A stretch of 64,000 nt of DNA from Mustelus asterias (Eukaryota). Positions within the stretch are counted from its first letter, which is position 1. Each line of letters starts with the position of its first letter. The notes under the pieces are model-generated. The model worked only from the letters and a program-made list of their open reading frames with translations, did not search any database and had not been told where the DNA came from. The position numbers were made by a program, and so were the translations under genes. Below, one piece after another: positions 36,222-51,130 of the stretch. The stretch covers positions 24,614,001 through 24,678,000 of the forward strand of contig NC_135808.1 of NCBI RefSeq assembly GCF_964213995.1, given 5' to 3'.

Positions 36222-37403
36222 TCTTGCCTTTGACAAGGTACTGCATGGTAGGTTATTGCTTAAGGTTAAATCTCACGGGATCTGGGGTGAGGTATCTAAA
36301 TGGATACAAAATTGGCTTCTTGACAGAAGCCAGAGTGTGGTTGTAGAGAATTGTTTTTCAAACTGGAGGCCTGTGACCAGCGGTGTGCCTCAGGGATCAG
36401 TGCTGTGTCCACTGTTATTTGTCACTTATATTAATGATTTGGATGAGAATAGAGGAGGCATGGTTAGTGAGTTTGCAGATGACATGAAGATTGGTGGCAT
36501 AGTGGACAGTGAAGAAAGTTATCTCCAATTGCAACGGGATCTTGATCAATTGGGCCAGTGGGCTGACGAATGGCAGATGGAGTTTAATTTAGACAAATGC
36601 AAGGTGATGCATTTTGGTAGATTGAACCAGGGCAGGACTTACTCAGTTAATGGTAGGGCATTGGGGAGAGTTACAGAATAAAGAGATCTCGGGGTACATG
36701 TTCATAGCTCCTTGAAAGTGGAGTCACAGGTGGACAGAGTGGTGAAGGAGGCATTCGGCATGCTTGGTTTCATCGGTCAGAACATTGAATACAGGAGTTG
36801 GAATGTCTTGTTGAAGTTGTACAAGACATTGGTAAGGCCACACTTGGAATACTGTCTGCAATTCTGGTCACCCTATTATAGAAAGGATATTATTAAATTA
36901 GAAAGCGTGCAGAAAAGATTTACTAGGATGCTACTGGAACTTGATGGATTGAGTTATAAGGAGAGTTTGGATAGACTGGGATTTTTTTCTCTGGAGCGTC
37001 GGAGGCTGAGGGGTGATCTTATAGAGGTCTATAAAATAATGAGGGGCACAGATCAGCTCGATAGTCAATACCTTTTCCCAGAGGTAGGGGAGTCTAAAAC
37101 TAGAGGGCATAGGTTTAAGGTGAGAGGGGAGAGATACAAAAGTGTCCAGAGAGGCAATTTTTTCTCACAGAGGGTGGTGAGTGTCTGGAACAAGCTGCCA
37201 GAGGTAGTATAGAGGCGGGTACAATTTTGTCTTTTAAAAAGCATTCAGATAGTTACATAGGTACGATGGGTATAGAGGGATATGGGCCAAATGCGGGCAA
37301 TTGGGATTAGCTTCGGGGTTTAAAAAAAAAAATGGGCGGCATGGACAAGTTGGGCCGAAGGGCCTGTTTCCATGCTGTAAAGCTCTATGACTCTATGACG
37401 CTA
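36222..37403 (+). mobile_element. CR1 LINE, 5'-truncated, same family as 4225-5137
   Basis: ORFs 36202-36681 and 36712-37212; (CTCTATGA)n tail. Confidence 0.93.
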
Positions 37404-37419
37404 TGTTAATGAATCTAAA

Positions 37420-40320
37420 TTTGGTGAAGGGACACCAGCCTTGTGGGAGTTATTTCAGAGACGAACATGATGGAACTTGTAAAATTTGGCCTAAGTTGGG
37501 GTCAGCCATTTTTCTGCATCATTCCTTTGTTTGGTAGACGAGACTCGTTCAACCCTGCTGTCGAGAACTGGGCCCAAGATGTGGATCACATGCATTATTT
37601 TTTCGGGCAAATGACATTATGGCAGATGAAAAACAAAGGGTGCTGTGAATGCTGTGGTGCTTGAGCGTTTGCTGTCATTCGGAGTTAAACTTTCCCTGAG
37701 GCCCCAGATACTAAAACCTTTCAAGAATTGCCTGAGGTCGTTGGAGAATGCTACAACCCCAAGCCACCTCTAATTTTGAAACAGTATTGTTTATACTAAA
37801 CAATCTGTTATGGGATTCGTAACTAGGTTAAGACAACTGGCGAAAGCATGTGAATTTATTTTAACTCTTAACAAGATGCTTAGAGACTGTCTGGTGTGCG
37901 GTATTAATAATGTGACTGTTCAAAAATGCCTATTAGCTGAAGCACAAGTGGACTTCAAACAGGTGCTACAGCAGGTTTTACCATTGGAAAATGCTGCATG
38001 TGGAGCATATGAGTTGCAAGCCATCCCGAAGTGGACACCCGCGCCAGTCCGACTGAGTTCAGGGACCACTATTTGAGAGCAGGCAATTACATAGCCTCCC
38101 TCAGGAAGTATCCAGATACACATAACTCCAGGTCTGCACAAAGCAAAGCCAAACTTCGACCAAACAGTCACAAGTCCTACCTGATAGCAACAGCAAAGGA
38201 GTCCTACAGGACTGAGATTTAGTAAAGCAACTTGTAGTCCGGTATCCAGGAGTGTTCACACCCTGGGAAGATCCACCTACATCTGATTTAGTGCAATTAA
38301 ATTGCATATCGATGTCCAAATCAGATCAAATCAAGATTAACGTATGGTTAAGTGGACATCTGGTACTAATGGAAGTTGATATCGATGCGGCAGTATCAGT
38401 GTTCAGAGAATCAGCGTTCCATAAAATTCACTATGGACTCTAGCGCTTATTGTTACTGAAGACCTCAGCAAGATAGGGAACCTGTATCGGGGAACCTTTC
38501 TGAATTTTGAGTGGAACCCCTGACCCTGTCTCCTATGAAAGGCAGCTGGTTCAGTTACCAATGATTGTAGTGAGGGCATGGGGAAGCCTAATGGTGTGAA
38601 ATTGGTTGCAAGAGATCCACCTTGGCTCAACATCTTCAGCCAGAGAATGGCTGCCTTAGTGAAGTCCTGCCGAAGTACGCTAAAGCTTTCCAGGAAGGTC
38701 TTGGGACTATCAAAGGAGCCAAGGCGACCTTACCTGTTGACGAGGAAGTGATTCCACAATTTTGCAAGGCCCGCCCAGCGCCATTTGACTTACGAGTAAA
38801 AGTTGAAGCAGAAATCCAAAGACTGGAACGTGAAGGGATCATCAAACCAGTCCAATTTGTGGAATGGGCAGCACCAGTCTTACCAATTTTGAAGCCAGGT
38901 GGATCATTCCATCTTTGCGGGGATCCGAAACAAACGGGAAACTGTTTCTTGCAGCTGGTTGGAAGGATGACTCTTGTTTGTGAAACTTGACATGAATCAC
39001 GCTTACTTACAATTACAACTAGATGACGATTCCCAGAGATATTCAGCAATTCATACTCAGAAGGGCCCTGAGCGATCCACTTGTCTGCCATTTGGGGTAT
39101 AGTCACCCTGTTCAACCTTCCAGCGAACGATGGAGAACATTTTGCAAAGCCTCCCTCAGGTTGCTATATATCTGGATGAAGTCCTCTTAACTGGTAAAAA
39201 AAAAGAAACACTTAAAGAACCTTGAGGAAGTTCTCAGTCAATTTTTCAAGGCAGGTGTACGCCTACGAAGGGAACAAATGTGTAATCCAGGTTCCCCCAA
39301 GAGAAAGCTCCATCTCAATAGCAAAGGTACAAAGAAGAAAGAAGTTCCAGGCAGAAGAATCAACAGAGAAAGCCCAAATATTCCGGAAGACACAAAAACT
39401 TTGTTAATAAGTGGGAATTGTATTCACCTGAACAGCATTCCATTTGAATCATTTTATTCAGGTTGTTAATAGTTTAGTTAACTTGTTCACTGTCAATTCG
39501 ATAAATAAGTTGTTCCTTGTTGATTTTTGAGAGTGTCAGGGAGTTATTTTGATTGAACCAGTAAAAGTTGCTGAAGAGCAGATTGTACCACTTCACACTC
39601 ACTTTTACAGATTATGGCGAGTTGCTCCTCTTTGAGTGGTGAGGCCTTAGTTCTCAGAGGGGGGATCAACCTCGGCTTCATAACAATAACCTATTTGGGA
39701 AATTAAGCCCATTCGTGCCTCCATCCTGGCTCCATTACACCAACTACTAAAAAAAGATCAGCCTTGAGAGTCGTCTTCCAGTCAATCCTTGGCTTTCAAT
39801 AAAGTAAAGCAACAACTTTCCTCTTTTAATGTACTGGCGCATTATGATCCCAGGAAAGAACGACCACTGACCCGTGACACATCCTTGTATGGCTTCATGA
39901 CGGCTTTGGCACATAGGTGGCCAAACAGAGTGGAATTGCTTATGCTCCCAGGACCTTGACTATTGCAAAAAAGCCTATGTCGAAAAAGAAGGGTTGGCGG
40001 TGATATTAGGAGTGAAAAGGTTCCACCAGCGCCATTATGGGTAGAAATTTGTCATTAAGACACAGACCACAAGCCACTCCTCGGACTGTTTAAAGAGGAC
40101 AAGGCAGTGTTGCCCATAACATCAGCCCAATCCAGCAGTGGGCTTTATTACTGACCGCCTACAATTACCAATTGGAACACTGTCCAGGAGGCCTTGAGCT
40201 GACTATCATTAGCAGATATCCGATCGGTGGTATCCCCAGTGGAAGAGTCTGTAATGACAATGATTTTTTTTGGAGACTTTCCCAGTGCCACTAAATAAGA
40301 TTTGACCGTGGACTTAAAAA
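37420..40320 (+). mobile_element. Degraded Ty3/Gypsy gag-pol remnant in intron 4 of gene C, with an LTR-like insert at ~39295-39686
   Basis: gag (FVTRLRQLAKACEF, LRDCLVCGI), protease-like (MEVDIDAAVS), RT (WAAPVLPILKP) and RNase H remnants. Confidence 0.82.
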
Positions 40321-42955
40321 GGCCCAGTCTTTGCTAAATTTAAAACATTCATTTGTGGGACATGGATGTTGCTGACTGGCCAGCATTTATTGCCCACCCC
40401 TAGTTGTCCTTGTCCGGAGGGCATTTGAGAGTCAACCACATTGCTGTGGATCTGAAGTGACAAGTAGGCCAGACCAGGTAAGGACGGCAGATTTTTTTCC
40501 CTAAAGGACATTATTCAACCCAGATGATTTTTTTTTTGACAATTGACAGTGATAGTGCCGGGGATTGTCAGAGGATACAACAGGATATCGATAGGTAGAT
40601 TGGAGACTTGGGCACAAAAATGGGAGATGGAGTTTAATCTGGATTGATGTGAGGTGATGCATTTTGGAGGTTCAAATGTAGGTGTGAATTATACGTAAAT
40701 AGCAGAACTCTTCGGTACATTAACATACAGAGGGATCTGGGTGTGCAGGTCCACAGTTACCTAAAAGTGGCAACACAAGTGGCCAAGGTGATTAAGAAAT
40801 CATTTGGCATGCTTGCCTTTATCAGCTGGGGCATTGAGTCCAAGAGTTGGGAAATCATGTTGCAGCCATATAAAACCTTGATTAGGCCGTATTTGGAGTA
40901 TTTTGTGCTGTTCTGGTCACCACCCTATCAGAAGGACGTAGAAGCTTTGGAGAGAGTGCAAGGAAGGTTCACCAGGAGTGACAGAAGGTGGGAAATGGTG
41001 TTCCGCAGTAATCAACGCTGGAATCACCACTGTTCACACTTTACACTCACTTATTTGGACATTGGAATCGAAACACAATTTCTCAATTTGCTAAGGTCAC
41101 CAAATTGGGACGAATTATTCGATATGCTACAAAATAATAGAACATTAATAAACTTGTAGAATGGGCAAATAATTGGTGAATGGAGTTCAGCACAGATAAA
41201 CATGAGGTAGTTTTCTATTAGGGGTGAATAGAGAGGTCACTTATTACTTAGGAGGTGCCGGGCTGGATGGGGTTGAGGAACAAAGGGATTTCGGTTTACG
41301 TTAAACCAATCCGCAACAGGTTAGGCAAAGCCATGAACAAAATAAATGGAAAATCAGTCTTTATTTCTAGAGGGATAGAATTGTAAAGCACGGAAGTTAT
41401 TGCTAAACTGTTATCAAATCATGATTAGACCACATTTACAGACTGTGTGCAGTTCCAGTCACCATTTTACAGAAGGGTTTTTACTCACAGGAGAGGACAT
41501 AGAGAAGATTTACAGAGATGATTCAAGGAATGAGTGGGTGGAGATCTCAGTGAAGGATTGACTGGCTGGGTCTCTGCTCTCAGGAAAACAGAGGGCTGAG
41601 GGTTGACCTAATCGAAGATTTAAAATTAGGAAAGGTTTTCATAGACTGGACACAGAAAGAGTGTTTCCTCTTGTGGGAAGAATGTAACTCGGGGTCATCA
41701 ATACAAGATGGTCACCAAGAAACACAATAGGGAATTCAAGAGAAACTTATTCACTCAAAGAGTGATGTGAATGTGGAGCTCGCTGCCACAGGGAGTGCTT
41801 GAAGTGAACAGTATAGTTTAAGGGGAATGAATGAGGAGGAAATATGTAGTTAAGATGGTCAGTTTCGATGAGGGAAGATGGGAGGAGGATCAAATGGAGC
41901 ATAAACACCAGCATCAACTAGATGGGCCAAATGGCCAGGTTCTGAGTCAGGTATTCTATGTTTTCTGATTGTCTCTCTCGCTCTCTAATTCACTCTCTCT
42001 CCATCATTCTCAGGTTCTCTCTCCTCTCTTCCTCTCACATTCTCTCTCTCTCTCTGATTCTCACTTTTCCCTCTCCCTGATTCACTCAGTCTCTCTGATT
42101 CTCTCTCTCTAACAGAACCAAAGTCTCGCTCCCAGGTTGCTGTTACTGTCGGGATTGTGGTCGGGGTCCTCATGCTCATCGCTCTCATCATTATGGCTGT
42201 CGTCATCTACAACAAGAAAGGTAGGAATTGGAGGGAAAAGAGCAGCTCCTTACTGGGGGGAGGGATTGTGGGAGAGTATTCCAGGGTGGGGGGGCTCAGG
42301 CTGTGGGTCTCAGGTTGGTGTGGGGGTCACAGAGTGGATGGAAGAGCCCAGGGTTGGGATAGGGAGGATAAGGGGCTCATGATAAAAGGGAAGAGTCTGA
42401 GAATTGTGGGAAGGGTCTCAGATTGAATGACGAGTTTAGGGTATCAGTGAGGGTCCCGGGTCAGTGCGGGAGTGAGGGTCTTCAGTCAGTGTGGGAGTGA
42501 GGGTCTTCAGTCAGTGCGAGAGTGAGGGTCCCCGGTCAGAGGGGAGTGAGGGTCCTGGGTCAGAGGGGGGAGTGAGGGTCCTAGGTCAGAGGCGGAGTGA
42601 GGGTCCTGGCGAAAGAGGGGGAAGTGAGGGTCCCAGGTCAGAAGAGGAATGAGGGTCCCGGGTCACAGGGGGAGTGAGGGTCCCGGTTCACTGTGGGAGT
42701 GAGGGTCCTGGTCAGGGTGAGAGTGAGGATTTCAGAATTGTGTTGTCGGGGCTCAGTACGAGCGAGAGTTCCAGCCTCTGTCTCTGATTTTCTCTCAGTC
42801 TCGTCACTCACTGAGCATTCCATGTTTTACAGGGAGAGGGAAGAGTGACTACAATCCTGCAAATAGTAAGCTGATCATCAAATATCGTCTCTGCGTAACT
42901 GTGTGAATCACCATTGATTCTGTGTCATATAGTGTGTGTGTGTCTTTCTCTCGCA

Positions 42956-43274
42956 NNNNNNNNNNNNNNNNNNNNNNNNNNNNNNNNNNNNNNNNNNNNN
43001 NNNNNNNNNNNNNNNNNNNNNNNNNNNNNNNNNNNNNNNNNNNNNNNNNNNNNNNNNNNNNNNNNNNNNNNNNNNNNNNNNNNNNNNNNNNNNNNNNNNN
43101 NNNNNNNNNNNNNNNNNNNNNNNNNNNNNNNNNNNNNNNNNNNNNNNNNNNNNNNNNNNNNNNNNNNNNNNNNNNNNNNNNNNNNNNNNNNNNNNNNNNN
43201 NNNNNNNNNNNNNNNNNNNNNNNNNNNNNNNNNNNNNNNNNNNNNNNNNNNNNNNNNNNNNNNNNNNNNNNNNN
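42956..43274. other. Assembly gap (319 N) in intron 6 of gene C
   Basis: Run of N flanked by TG/CT microsatellite sequence. Confidence 1.
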
Positions 43275-44049
43275 CCTCTCGGCCTCTCTCTCTCGCTCTC
43301 AGTCTGTCTGTCTGTATGACTCTTTCTCTGTATCTACCCGAACAGGCAGCTCGGGGATTTTCACAGTAATTTAATTGCAATGTTAATGTAAGCCTACTTG
43401 TGACACCAATAAATTAACTTATAATTATAAATTGCTTTCTCTTTCTCTCTTTTTCTCTCTCACTCTTTCTCTCACTCTCCTTTCTCTCACTCTCTCTCTC
43501 CATCTTTATCTCTCCATATCTCATGCACTGATTTTGTCTGATGACAAACAGTATTTTTAATGCCTCTCCTTCCTTTGACAGCTTCTGATAAAGGGGATTC
43601 CACAACCAGCTCCTCCACAGGTTCCTGAGATATGAATTCTGTTGATAAATATTGGGAGCTGATCCTTCTACCTGGGATATTCCCGCTGGATTTAGCTGTA
43701 CAATCTGGTGGGTGGGCTGTGAGCTCAGTGTCTGTCTCTCGCTGTATCGTCACTAAAGAGCAGCTCATCCAATCCAACACTGAGCTTTGAGACTGGCCTT
43801 CTGGAGACGGCTGCTCCTGTACAGTCTGAGGGTGGAGACATTGTGGGTGTTGAGGTGTCGAGACACCCGGAAACATCTCACCCTGGACAGCCTCCGCTAA
43901 GCTGCTCAATTTCCTTAGGAAGTCGGAATTCCCAAGAGTTTTCCCTGAAGTTGGTCACTGAGCTGTGTCACTCCCACAGGATTTAACATTTAACGTTTTG
44001 TGATGGGTTTGATCGTTTTCTGGATGTTTGGGAAGCGGAGTGAATCTTA

Positions 44050-44455
44050 GGGGTTTAGCTGGTGTTTGGAGGTCTGATGGGTTTAGCTGGTGTTTGGGGC
44101 TCTGATGGGTTTAGCTGGTGTTTGGGGGTCTGATGGGTTTAGCTGGTGTTTGGGGCTCTGATGGGTTTAGCCGGTGTTTGGGGATCTGATGGGTTTAGCT
44201 GTGTTTGGGGCTCTGATGGGTTTAGCTGGTGTTTGGGGTCTGATAGGTTTTGCTGGTGTTTGGGAGTCTGACGTGTTTTGCTGGTGTTGGGGCTCTGATG
44301 GGTTCAGCTGGTGTTTGGGGGTCTGATGGATTTTGCTGGTTTTTGGGGCTCTGATGGGTTTTGCTGGTGTTTGGGGGTCTGATGGGATTAGCTGGTGTTT
44401 GGGGGTCTGATGGGATTAGCTGGTGTTTGGAGCTCTGATGGGTTTAGCTAGTGTT
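44050..44455. repeat. ~28-bp satellite downstream of gene C
   Basis: Same unit; lacks the two younger CR1 inserts. Confidence 0.93.
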
Positions 44456-47400
44456 GTGTGGGTGGAAAGTTGAATTTAATAAAATTTATGTTTGACAGCA
44501 AGCTCATTCAGCCCATCATGTCCCTGCCTGTTAATGAAGAGCTCTCCAGCCTAATCTCACCTTCCTGTACTCGGTCTGCAGCTCTGTAGATCACAGCTCT
44601 TCAACTCGACATCCAAGAATTGATTCAATGTGGTGAGAGTTTCTGCCTCTACCATCCTTTCAGACAGAGAGTCCCGGGTCCCTCCCACCCTCTGGGTGAA
44701 AAACTCTTTCCTCATTTCCCACTGATCATTCTAACAATTACTTTAAACCTGTGTCCTCTGGTTTTTGATCCTCTGCTAAGGTAAATGTGTCATCTCTATT
44801 TACCATGGCTCCTCATAATTATATCCACTCCAATTAAATCTCCCCTCGGCCTCCTCTATTCTCTTTCCTCACAGTGAACATTCTCCAGTCCTGTCCACAT
44901 TAAACAATCTCCTCTGCATTCTCTCCAACACAATCACATCTTTTGTGTAATGTGCTGACCAGACTGTCTGCAATGCTTCAGCTGTCGTCTATCTGGTGTT
45001 GTTTGCAGTTCCAGCAAAACTACTCTGTTCTGTGCCTTGGCTAATAAAGGAAGGCATGTAATATACCTTCTTAACTACATTATCAACCTGTCCTGACACC
45101 TTTCCCAATCTGTGGACACGCACTCCTGGGTCCCTCTGTTCCTCCACATTCGTCATTATCCTCCCATTTATTGGGGATTCCCTTTGTTTTGTTAATCCTC
45201 CTGAAATCCATCACCTCTCACTGCTCCGGATTGAATTCCATTTTCCACTGTTCTTCCCAACTGCCCAGACCATCTCCATCTTCCTGCAACCTGAAGCTTT
45301 CCTCCTCATTGTCACCCATACGGACAATTTTTCTAAATCTCTAAACTTCTTCCTCATTCTCTCTCCATTTAAATCTAAATCATTCACCTGAACCACAAAA
45401 CGCGAGGGAGTGAGAGCTGGGCCCCATGGATCCCCCACTGGTAACATCATTCCAGTCGCAATAAGCCCCTTAACCCTTTGCTTCCTGCCACTGAGCTAAT
45501 TTGGGCTCTGATTTGTCATTGTCTCTTGGATCTCAATGTGTTTTTATATTTCTGACCAGCCTGCCATGTGGGACCTTGTCTAAAACATTAAAATCTATGT
45601 TGACCACATCCACCTCACTGTCCTCATCAACCCATCCTTCTCACCTCTTCCAAATTTTCAGTTAGTTTAGCCTGAGATAACTTTCCTTGATTAATCTGTG
45701 CGTTTCTAAATGAAGGTTTATGCTGTTCCTCACAATTGATTTCAATAATGTTCCCACCACCGAAGTTACACTAACTGGTGTATAATTACTCAGATTGCCC
45801 CTTCTTCCCTTTTCAATCCATGGTGTGATATTGACAGTCCTTTAATCTTCTTCCACACTCATGTAGCCCGGGAGGAATGATTCTGATGGTCAGAGCCTCT
45901 GCAATTTCCTCCCTTGTTTCTTTTAACCCGGTGATTCACCATCTTTCAAAGTTGTAAAATCCATTAATATGTAATCTCTTATGCAGTAATTCACACACTT
46001 CTTCCTTCATTGCAATGTCAGCATTGCTCCATGTTTCCCAAAGACAGGGGCAATGTATTTATTCACAACCTCACCACATTCCCCACCCTCTCACATGCAC
46101 TTCTTATTGGGCGCCACAAGGCCTTACTCTTTCCTTATCCTTTTCTCTACATGTGCATCCTTGGAGGTTCTTTGTTTTTTCTTGGCAGCATTTTTATGCC
46201 TTTCTTTACTTTCCTGGTTTCCCTTTCAATTTCACCCCTACTCTCTCTGTACTCTTCCAGGTTTCTGCAGTATTAGGCATGAGGGGTCTGACGGATCTTG
46301 CTGCTGGTATTTGTGGGGGTCAAGTGGATCTGCTGGGTTTTGTTGGGGGGTGTTCCAGCTCTGCTGGGTTTGCCTCCCTCGATAGTGATGTATTTCTTTC
46401 TCATCCCCAGTGTTCTCCAGTGCCCCAGGGACACCAGTCCCCAAGATCAGCAGCAGGAGTGGATGAGAGAATCAGGAAGGATGTGATTTCATCAAGATGA
46501 TAGCGACTGACTCATTTAGACACTACATATGTGACGCTGTGTAAATGGAACTGTGACGATGGTTTGTCAGGAATTACTCTATCTGGAGCTGCACTTCTTA
46601 AGCTATTCTGATCTGCACTTGAAAGGCTATTATGATCTGCCCTGTTTCTACAGACTCTCGGAATCTGTCTGGTTCACTCACTGCCAACTCAGTCACCTGT
46701 TACTGCAGTCTGTAACATTGCTGCAATTTCTACAATAAATGTGATTTAGTTTTTCACTTCCTGCCTCTGTAAAGTCTTCAGTACAAAACTATCAATGGGG
46801 TAGGGTAACACCACTGCAATGGGGAACATTTTAAGACTTTTAAGAACAATTTACCAAAAATGCACATCAAGAGGAATTAATAGCAATAAATTAGCAGTAA
46901 ACACATATTTTAAAAGGGAAGATGGTGCTTGTCAAAGCTCCGAGTATTCGTTGAGATGGTAACAGACATGGTGATGGGAAAATGTGATAGATATACTTAT
47001 ATGGACTTTAGAAAAAAGTTACCACATGGGGGTTTATTAGTTAAGATTAAACGAATACTTTGCACATCTCTTCAGCTGGATCACAATGTTCTTTTCCCAT
47101 TCCAGCCTCTCATTCCAGATTAAGACCTGGAAGATGCAGGAAGGTGACAACAAGTAACTTTCGTGGTCCTGTCCAGTTCCACCTCCCCAATCAGTAATTC
47201 CTGATTTTAATAACCCACCACACATCCAGGTGCATGACACATGTCCATTACGTCCAGGTGGAGTTTGGGCTGTCGGCGGTGTAGAGGTATTGTCAGTGGA
47301 CTAGGAATCCAGAGACACAGGAGAAAGCTCTGGGAACCTGGATTTGAATCCCACCAAGGCAGAGGGTGGAATTTGAACTCAATTAAAGAATAAAATCTGG

Positions 47401-48299
47401 AATTAAAAGTCGAATGATGACTATGAAGCCATTGTTGATTGCTGTAAAAACCTATCTTGTTTCATGTTCTTTAGGGAAGGAAATCTGGGGTCTCTATCTG
47501 GTCTGGCCTACAGACCCACAGCAATGTGGTTGACCATTAAATGTCTTCTGAAATTACCCAGCAGGATCAAGGTGGAGGCCGTGCAATGTTCATGTTCCCA
47601 ATTCTTCTGCATAACTGTAGCCTTGCCCAGACAGCCCACTGTATTGTTTATTTCTTAATATTCAGTGAAAGGAGCTAAGATGTATTTTAATTCTCCTTTA
47701 ATGTTTTAAAGTATTAATTCATATTATTGAATTGATGAATTCCAATTTTGTCTGCCCTTTTATGTTTCTCGAAATTAGTGCTATGGGACGGCAAGGTGGC
47801 ACAGTGAATGGCACTGCTGCCTCACAGCACCAGGGACCCGGCTTCTTTTTCCGGCTTGGATCATTGTGCAGAGTCTGTATGTTCTCCCTGTGAGTGCATG
47901 GGTTTCCTCCGGCTATCCGGTTTTCTTCCCACAGTCTGAAAGACAAGCTGGTAAAGTGTATTGGTCATGCTAAATTCTCCCTCAGTGTACCCTAACAGGC
48001 GCCAGAGTGTGGCGACCAGGGGGTTTTCATAGTAACTTCATTGCAGTGTAAATGTAAGCCTATTTGTGACACTAATAAACAAACTTAAACGTAATTGGTT
48101 AGTGTGTTGACGTCAAGATCTCCCATTCCCAAGCACTCTCGGGAAATAATAAACATCTTTGAAATATCAGAGCCTTTGTACCAAATCGGTGTCTGCAAAT
48201 GTTTCCAAATTCTTGTCGCTGCTGGAAAAATTGTTACACTTTTCAGTACTGAACGCAATTGTCACCTGCGCGTGTGTGTGTGTTTCTAAAACCAACACA

Positions 48300-49150
48300 A
48301 AAGGCTCATCCTGCTCGGAGCTGAATGGGTTAATTCTAAATTAAAACACGTTTGGTGAAGGAATTCACTGTCACCGCGATTTCAAAAAGTGACTGGGTTA
48401 CAATGTTCTCAGAGTAATGGCGGTTTCAGCAGAACAAAGATATTTCTTCAAGTCTTGTGGATTCACCATTTCAAACTGGATACTTCCGAATAAAAACCTT
48501 GGAGCAAAATGGATTCGAAGATAAAGTCCCAAATGTTCTCCAGGGTGATTTTTTAATGGAGATTTTAAACACAAGAATAATCCATCAACAATCACCTTAA
48601 ATTCCGCTCCTCAATTCAAAATTTCACCGTCGAAATTTAAGAAACGACTCTACTCTGACAGATGTGAATTTGTATCTGGATCAGAAATCCACATGTTTCA
48701 CCAGCTTCAACAGAGTTTCATTGTAGCCAGTAACAACCTCCCAGTTTCAAAACTTTTAACTGTTCTCCCCCTTTAGACCTAACTATTTTCAGGAAAACAT
48801 CAGAGTTGGAGCCGGTCTGAAGGAACAGCAACACAGAGCATTCACACAGCCTTTCCTCATTCACTAACAGGACGTTTACACACTCACATCTGTACACACA
48901 ATTCTTTCTCACATCACTTCAAGTTTCACTCTGGATCTTTTCAACATTAAAAACGTGTCTTTTAAAAGGGGATAAAATAAATTCCATCACATCTTTTTTC
49001 ACTAATGTCTGTTGTTGAAATTAAGGGAAAATCGCGTTTCACAAATAACAGAAAAGGAAACATTGAAGATTGTTACATTGAAACAACAGAGGGCGGAGTT
49101 TCCAACAGAGTGTGTTTCAATTCCAAAACTTCTACACATTTTTTCAACCT
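48300..49150 (-). pseudogene. Possible decayed F-box/LRR-like coding remnant (paralogues ~8460-9096 and ~27250-28110)
   Basis: Minus-strand fragments LLETPPSVV, LKVLKLGGCYWL, NETLLKLVK and RLEEISLFC with stops and frameshifts; acceptor-like TTTACTTTTTAG at 49149-49160. Confidence 0.3.
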
Positions 49151-50816
49151 AAAAAGTAAAACTTGTTTTATTTTCTCAATTCTGGGGACACAATCTGAAT
49201 TTCCTTTCACTCACTCTAATTTCTATTTCACTGGAATTTTCCTGTTTAATTTTTCCCACCCGGAAGCCGAGGATCCGCTTCAGTCACTGTTTTGATTTAA
49301 AACTTATTTTAACTTTCTCTCTTTCCGACAACAGTCAATCCCGCAGCTCATTTTCCATCATCTCAATGGCATTGCCCCAGGTCTGTCTCCCCGCGGTTAC
49401 AATCCGGACAACAGCATCAAACTGCCTCAGTTCACGCAGAATTTTCCAACTTCAACACGGACTTCACAGAACATCAGCAACCGCGCCCGCGCCTTCCCCC
49501 CGTCTCTCTTTATTGGTTGTCTCAACACAACTCAATCCGACAGTGCAGAAGGAGGCCATTCGGCCCATCGTCTGCACCACTTGCATCAACCCTCCGAAAG
49601 AGCATCTTGCATAAGAGGTGAGTTACTGGGGTTGGTGGCACAACGCCAGGGACCCTGCTTCGATTCCTTGTTTTGGTCACTGTTTGCACGGAGTCTGCAT
49701 GTTCTCCTCGTATCTGCATGAGATTCTTCCGGGAGCTCCGGACGTGCTGGTTGGATGCACTGGCCATGCTATATTTCTCCCTCAGTGTACTCGAACAGAC
49801 ACTGGAGTGTGGCAACTGGAGGACTTTCACAGTAACGTCATTACAGTATTAATATAACCCTATGTGTGATAGTAAAACATAAACTTAAAATTTAAACTAT
49901 CCACAAAATTCCCAGCCTCTAACCCACTGTTGTAGCTACAGTGTTTATATGGCTGGTTCAGTTCAATTTCTGGTCACTGGTAATCCCCAGGATGTTCATA
50001 ATCAGTCCTCAATGGTTTTCCACATATACTTCAAATAGGACCCCTGGTTCTGGACTCCCCTGCCATCGGGAACATCCTTCCGCATCTAGCCTGTCTCTTC
50101 CTGTTAGAATTTTATAGGTTTTGATGAGATCCTCCTCATTCTTCTAAACTCCAGCGAACACAATCCTAACTGAGTCAATCTCTCCTCATTTCCACCGAGC
50201 TTTGTCGCTGCTGTAAATTTAGATACATTACACTTGGCCTCTTGGTCTGAGTCACGAATAAAGATTGTAAATGGCTGATTGTCCCAGCACTGATCCTAGT
50301 GTTGGCGAACTTGAAAATAGCCCATTTATGACAAATCAATGTTTCTTGTCCATTAACCAATCCTCTGTTCTTGCAACAATATTAACCCCAACTCCTGAGC
50401 ACTGACAAAGGGCAAACAGATCAATTCAGTCTGCAGAGATGTGCTTTAGAGGATCGGCTCTTCACAATAAAGTGTAAAGTTTGATAGCATGTAAAAACTT
50501 ATTCCCTCGGGTTTAGAATGTTGAGGGGTGATCTGATCCATATGTTTATAATGTTAAAATGATTCAGCAGTGTGAAATCCACATCCAGTCTCTGCACAAA
50601 AAAATGTGAACAATTGGAGCTTTCAAATGTAAGAGTGATAGATTTTTATTGGGGAATAATTTTATTGGGTAATAATATTATAGTCAGAAGCTGGGGTTGA
50701 GATCAGCAGTGATCTAATTGAATGGTTAGCTCAGATCTGCTGCTCTTCTTCATGTCCTTCCCTTTGTCACTGTATTAAACTCCTTTTGGCTTATTCTACC
50801 CGGCAACTGATGATGT

Positions 50817-51130
50817 TAGAATCATAGAATGAGCCCATTCAAGTCAGCACCAAATCTCAGACAGAGCATCTTTACCCAGGCCCCATCCCTGTTACCCTAC
50901 ATATTTACCATGGCTAATCCCCTATCACACACATCTTTAGACAGTAAGGGGCAATTTAGCTTGGCCTGTCCATCTAACCTGCACATCTTTGGCGTGCAGG
51001 AGGAAGCAGGAGTACCAGGAGGATACCCACACAGGGAGAATGTACAAACTCCACACAGACAGTCACCCAAGGCTGAAATTGACCCTGGGTCCCTGGCGCT
51101 GTGAGGCAGCAGTGCTAACCACTGAGCAAA
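50817..51130 (-). mobile_element. SINE inserted between the distal X box and Y box of the gene D promoter
   Basis: tRNA-like head at ~51080-51125; the flanks match sequence that is contiguous at 32203-32244. Confidence 0.88.

Larger units (their letters stand above)
32471..43628 (+). pseudogene. MHC class I gene C, disrupted in alpha3: exons 32471-32519, 32819-33079, 33401-33673, 34475-34737, 42116-42220, 42833-42865, 43582-43628
   Basis: Alpha1 and alpha2 are intact. Alpha3 is 263 nt versus 264 in B (TAC>TC near 34636) and has TGA at 34644 in the ancestral frame where B has CGG. Confidence 0.88.

Noticed and set aside
42914-43380. ORFs spanning poly-X
   Set aside because: Artefacts of the N gap.
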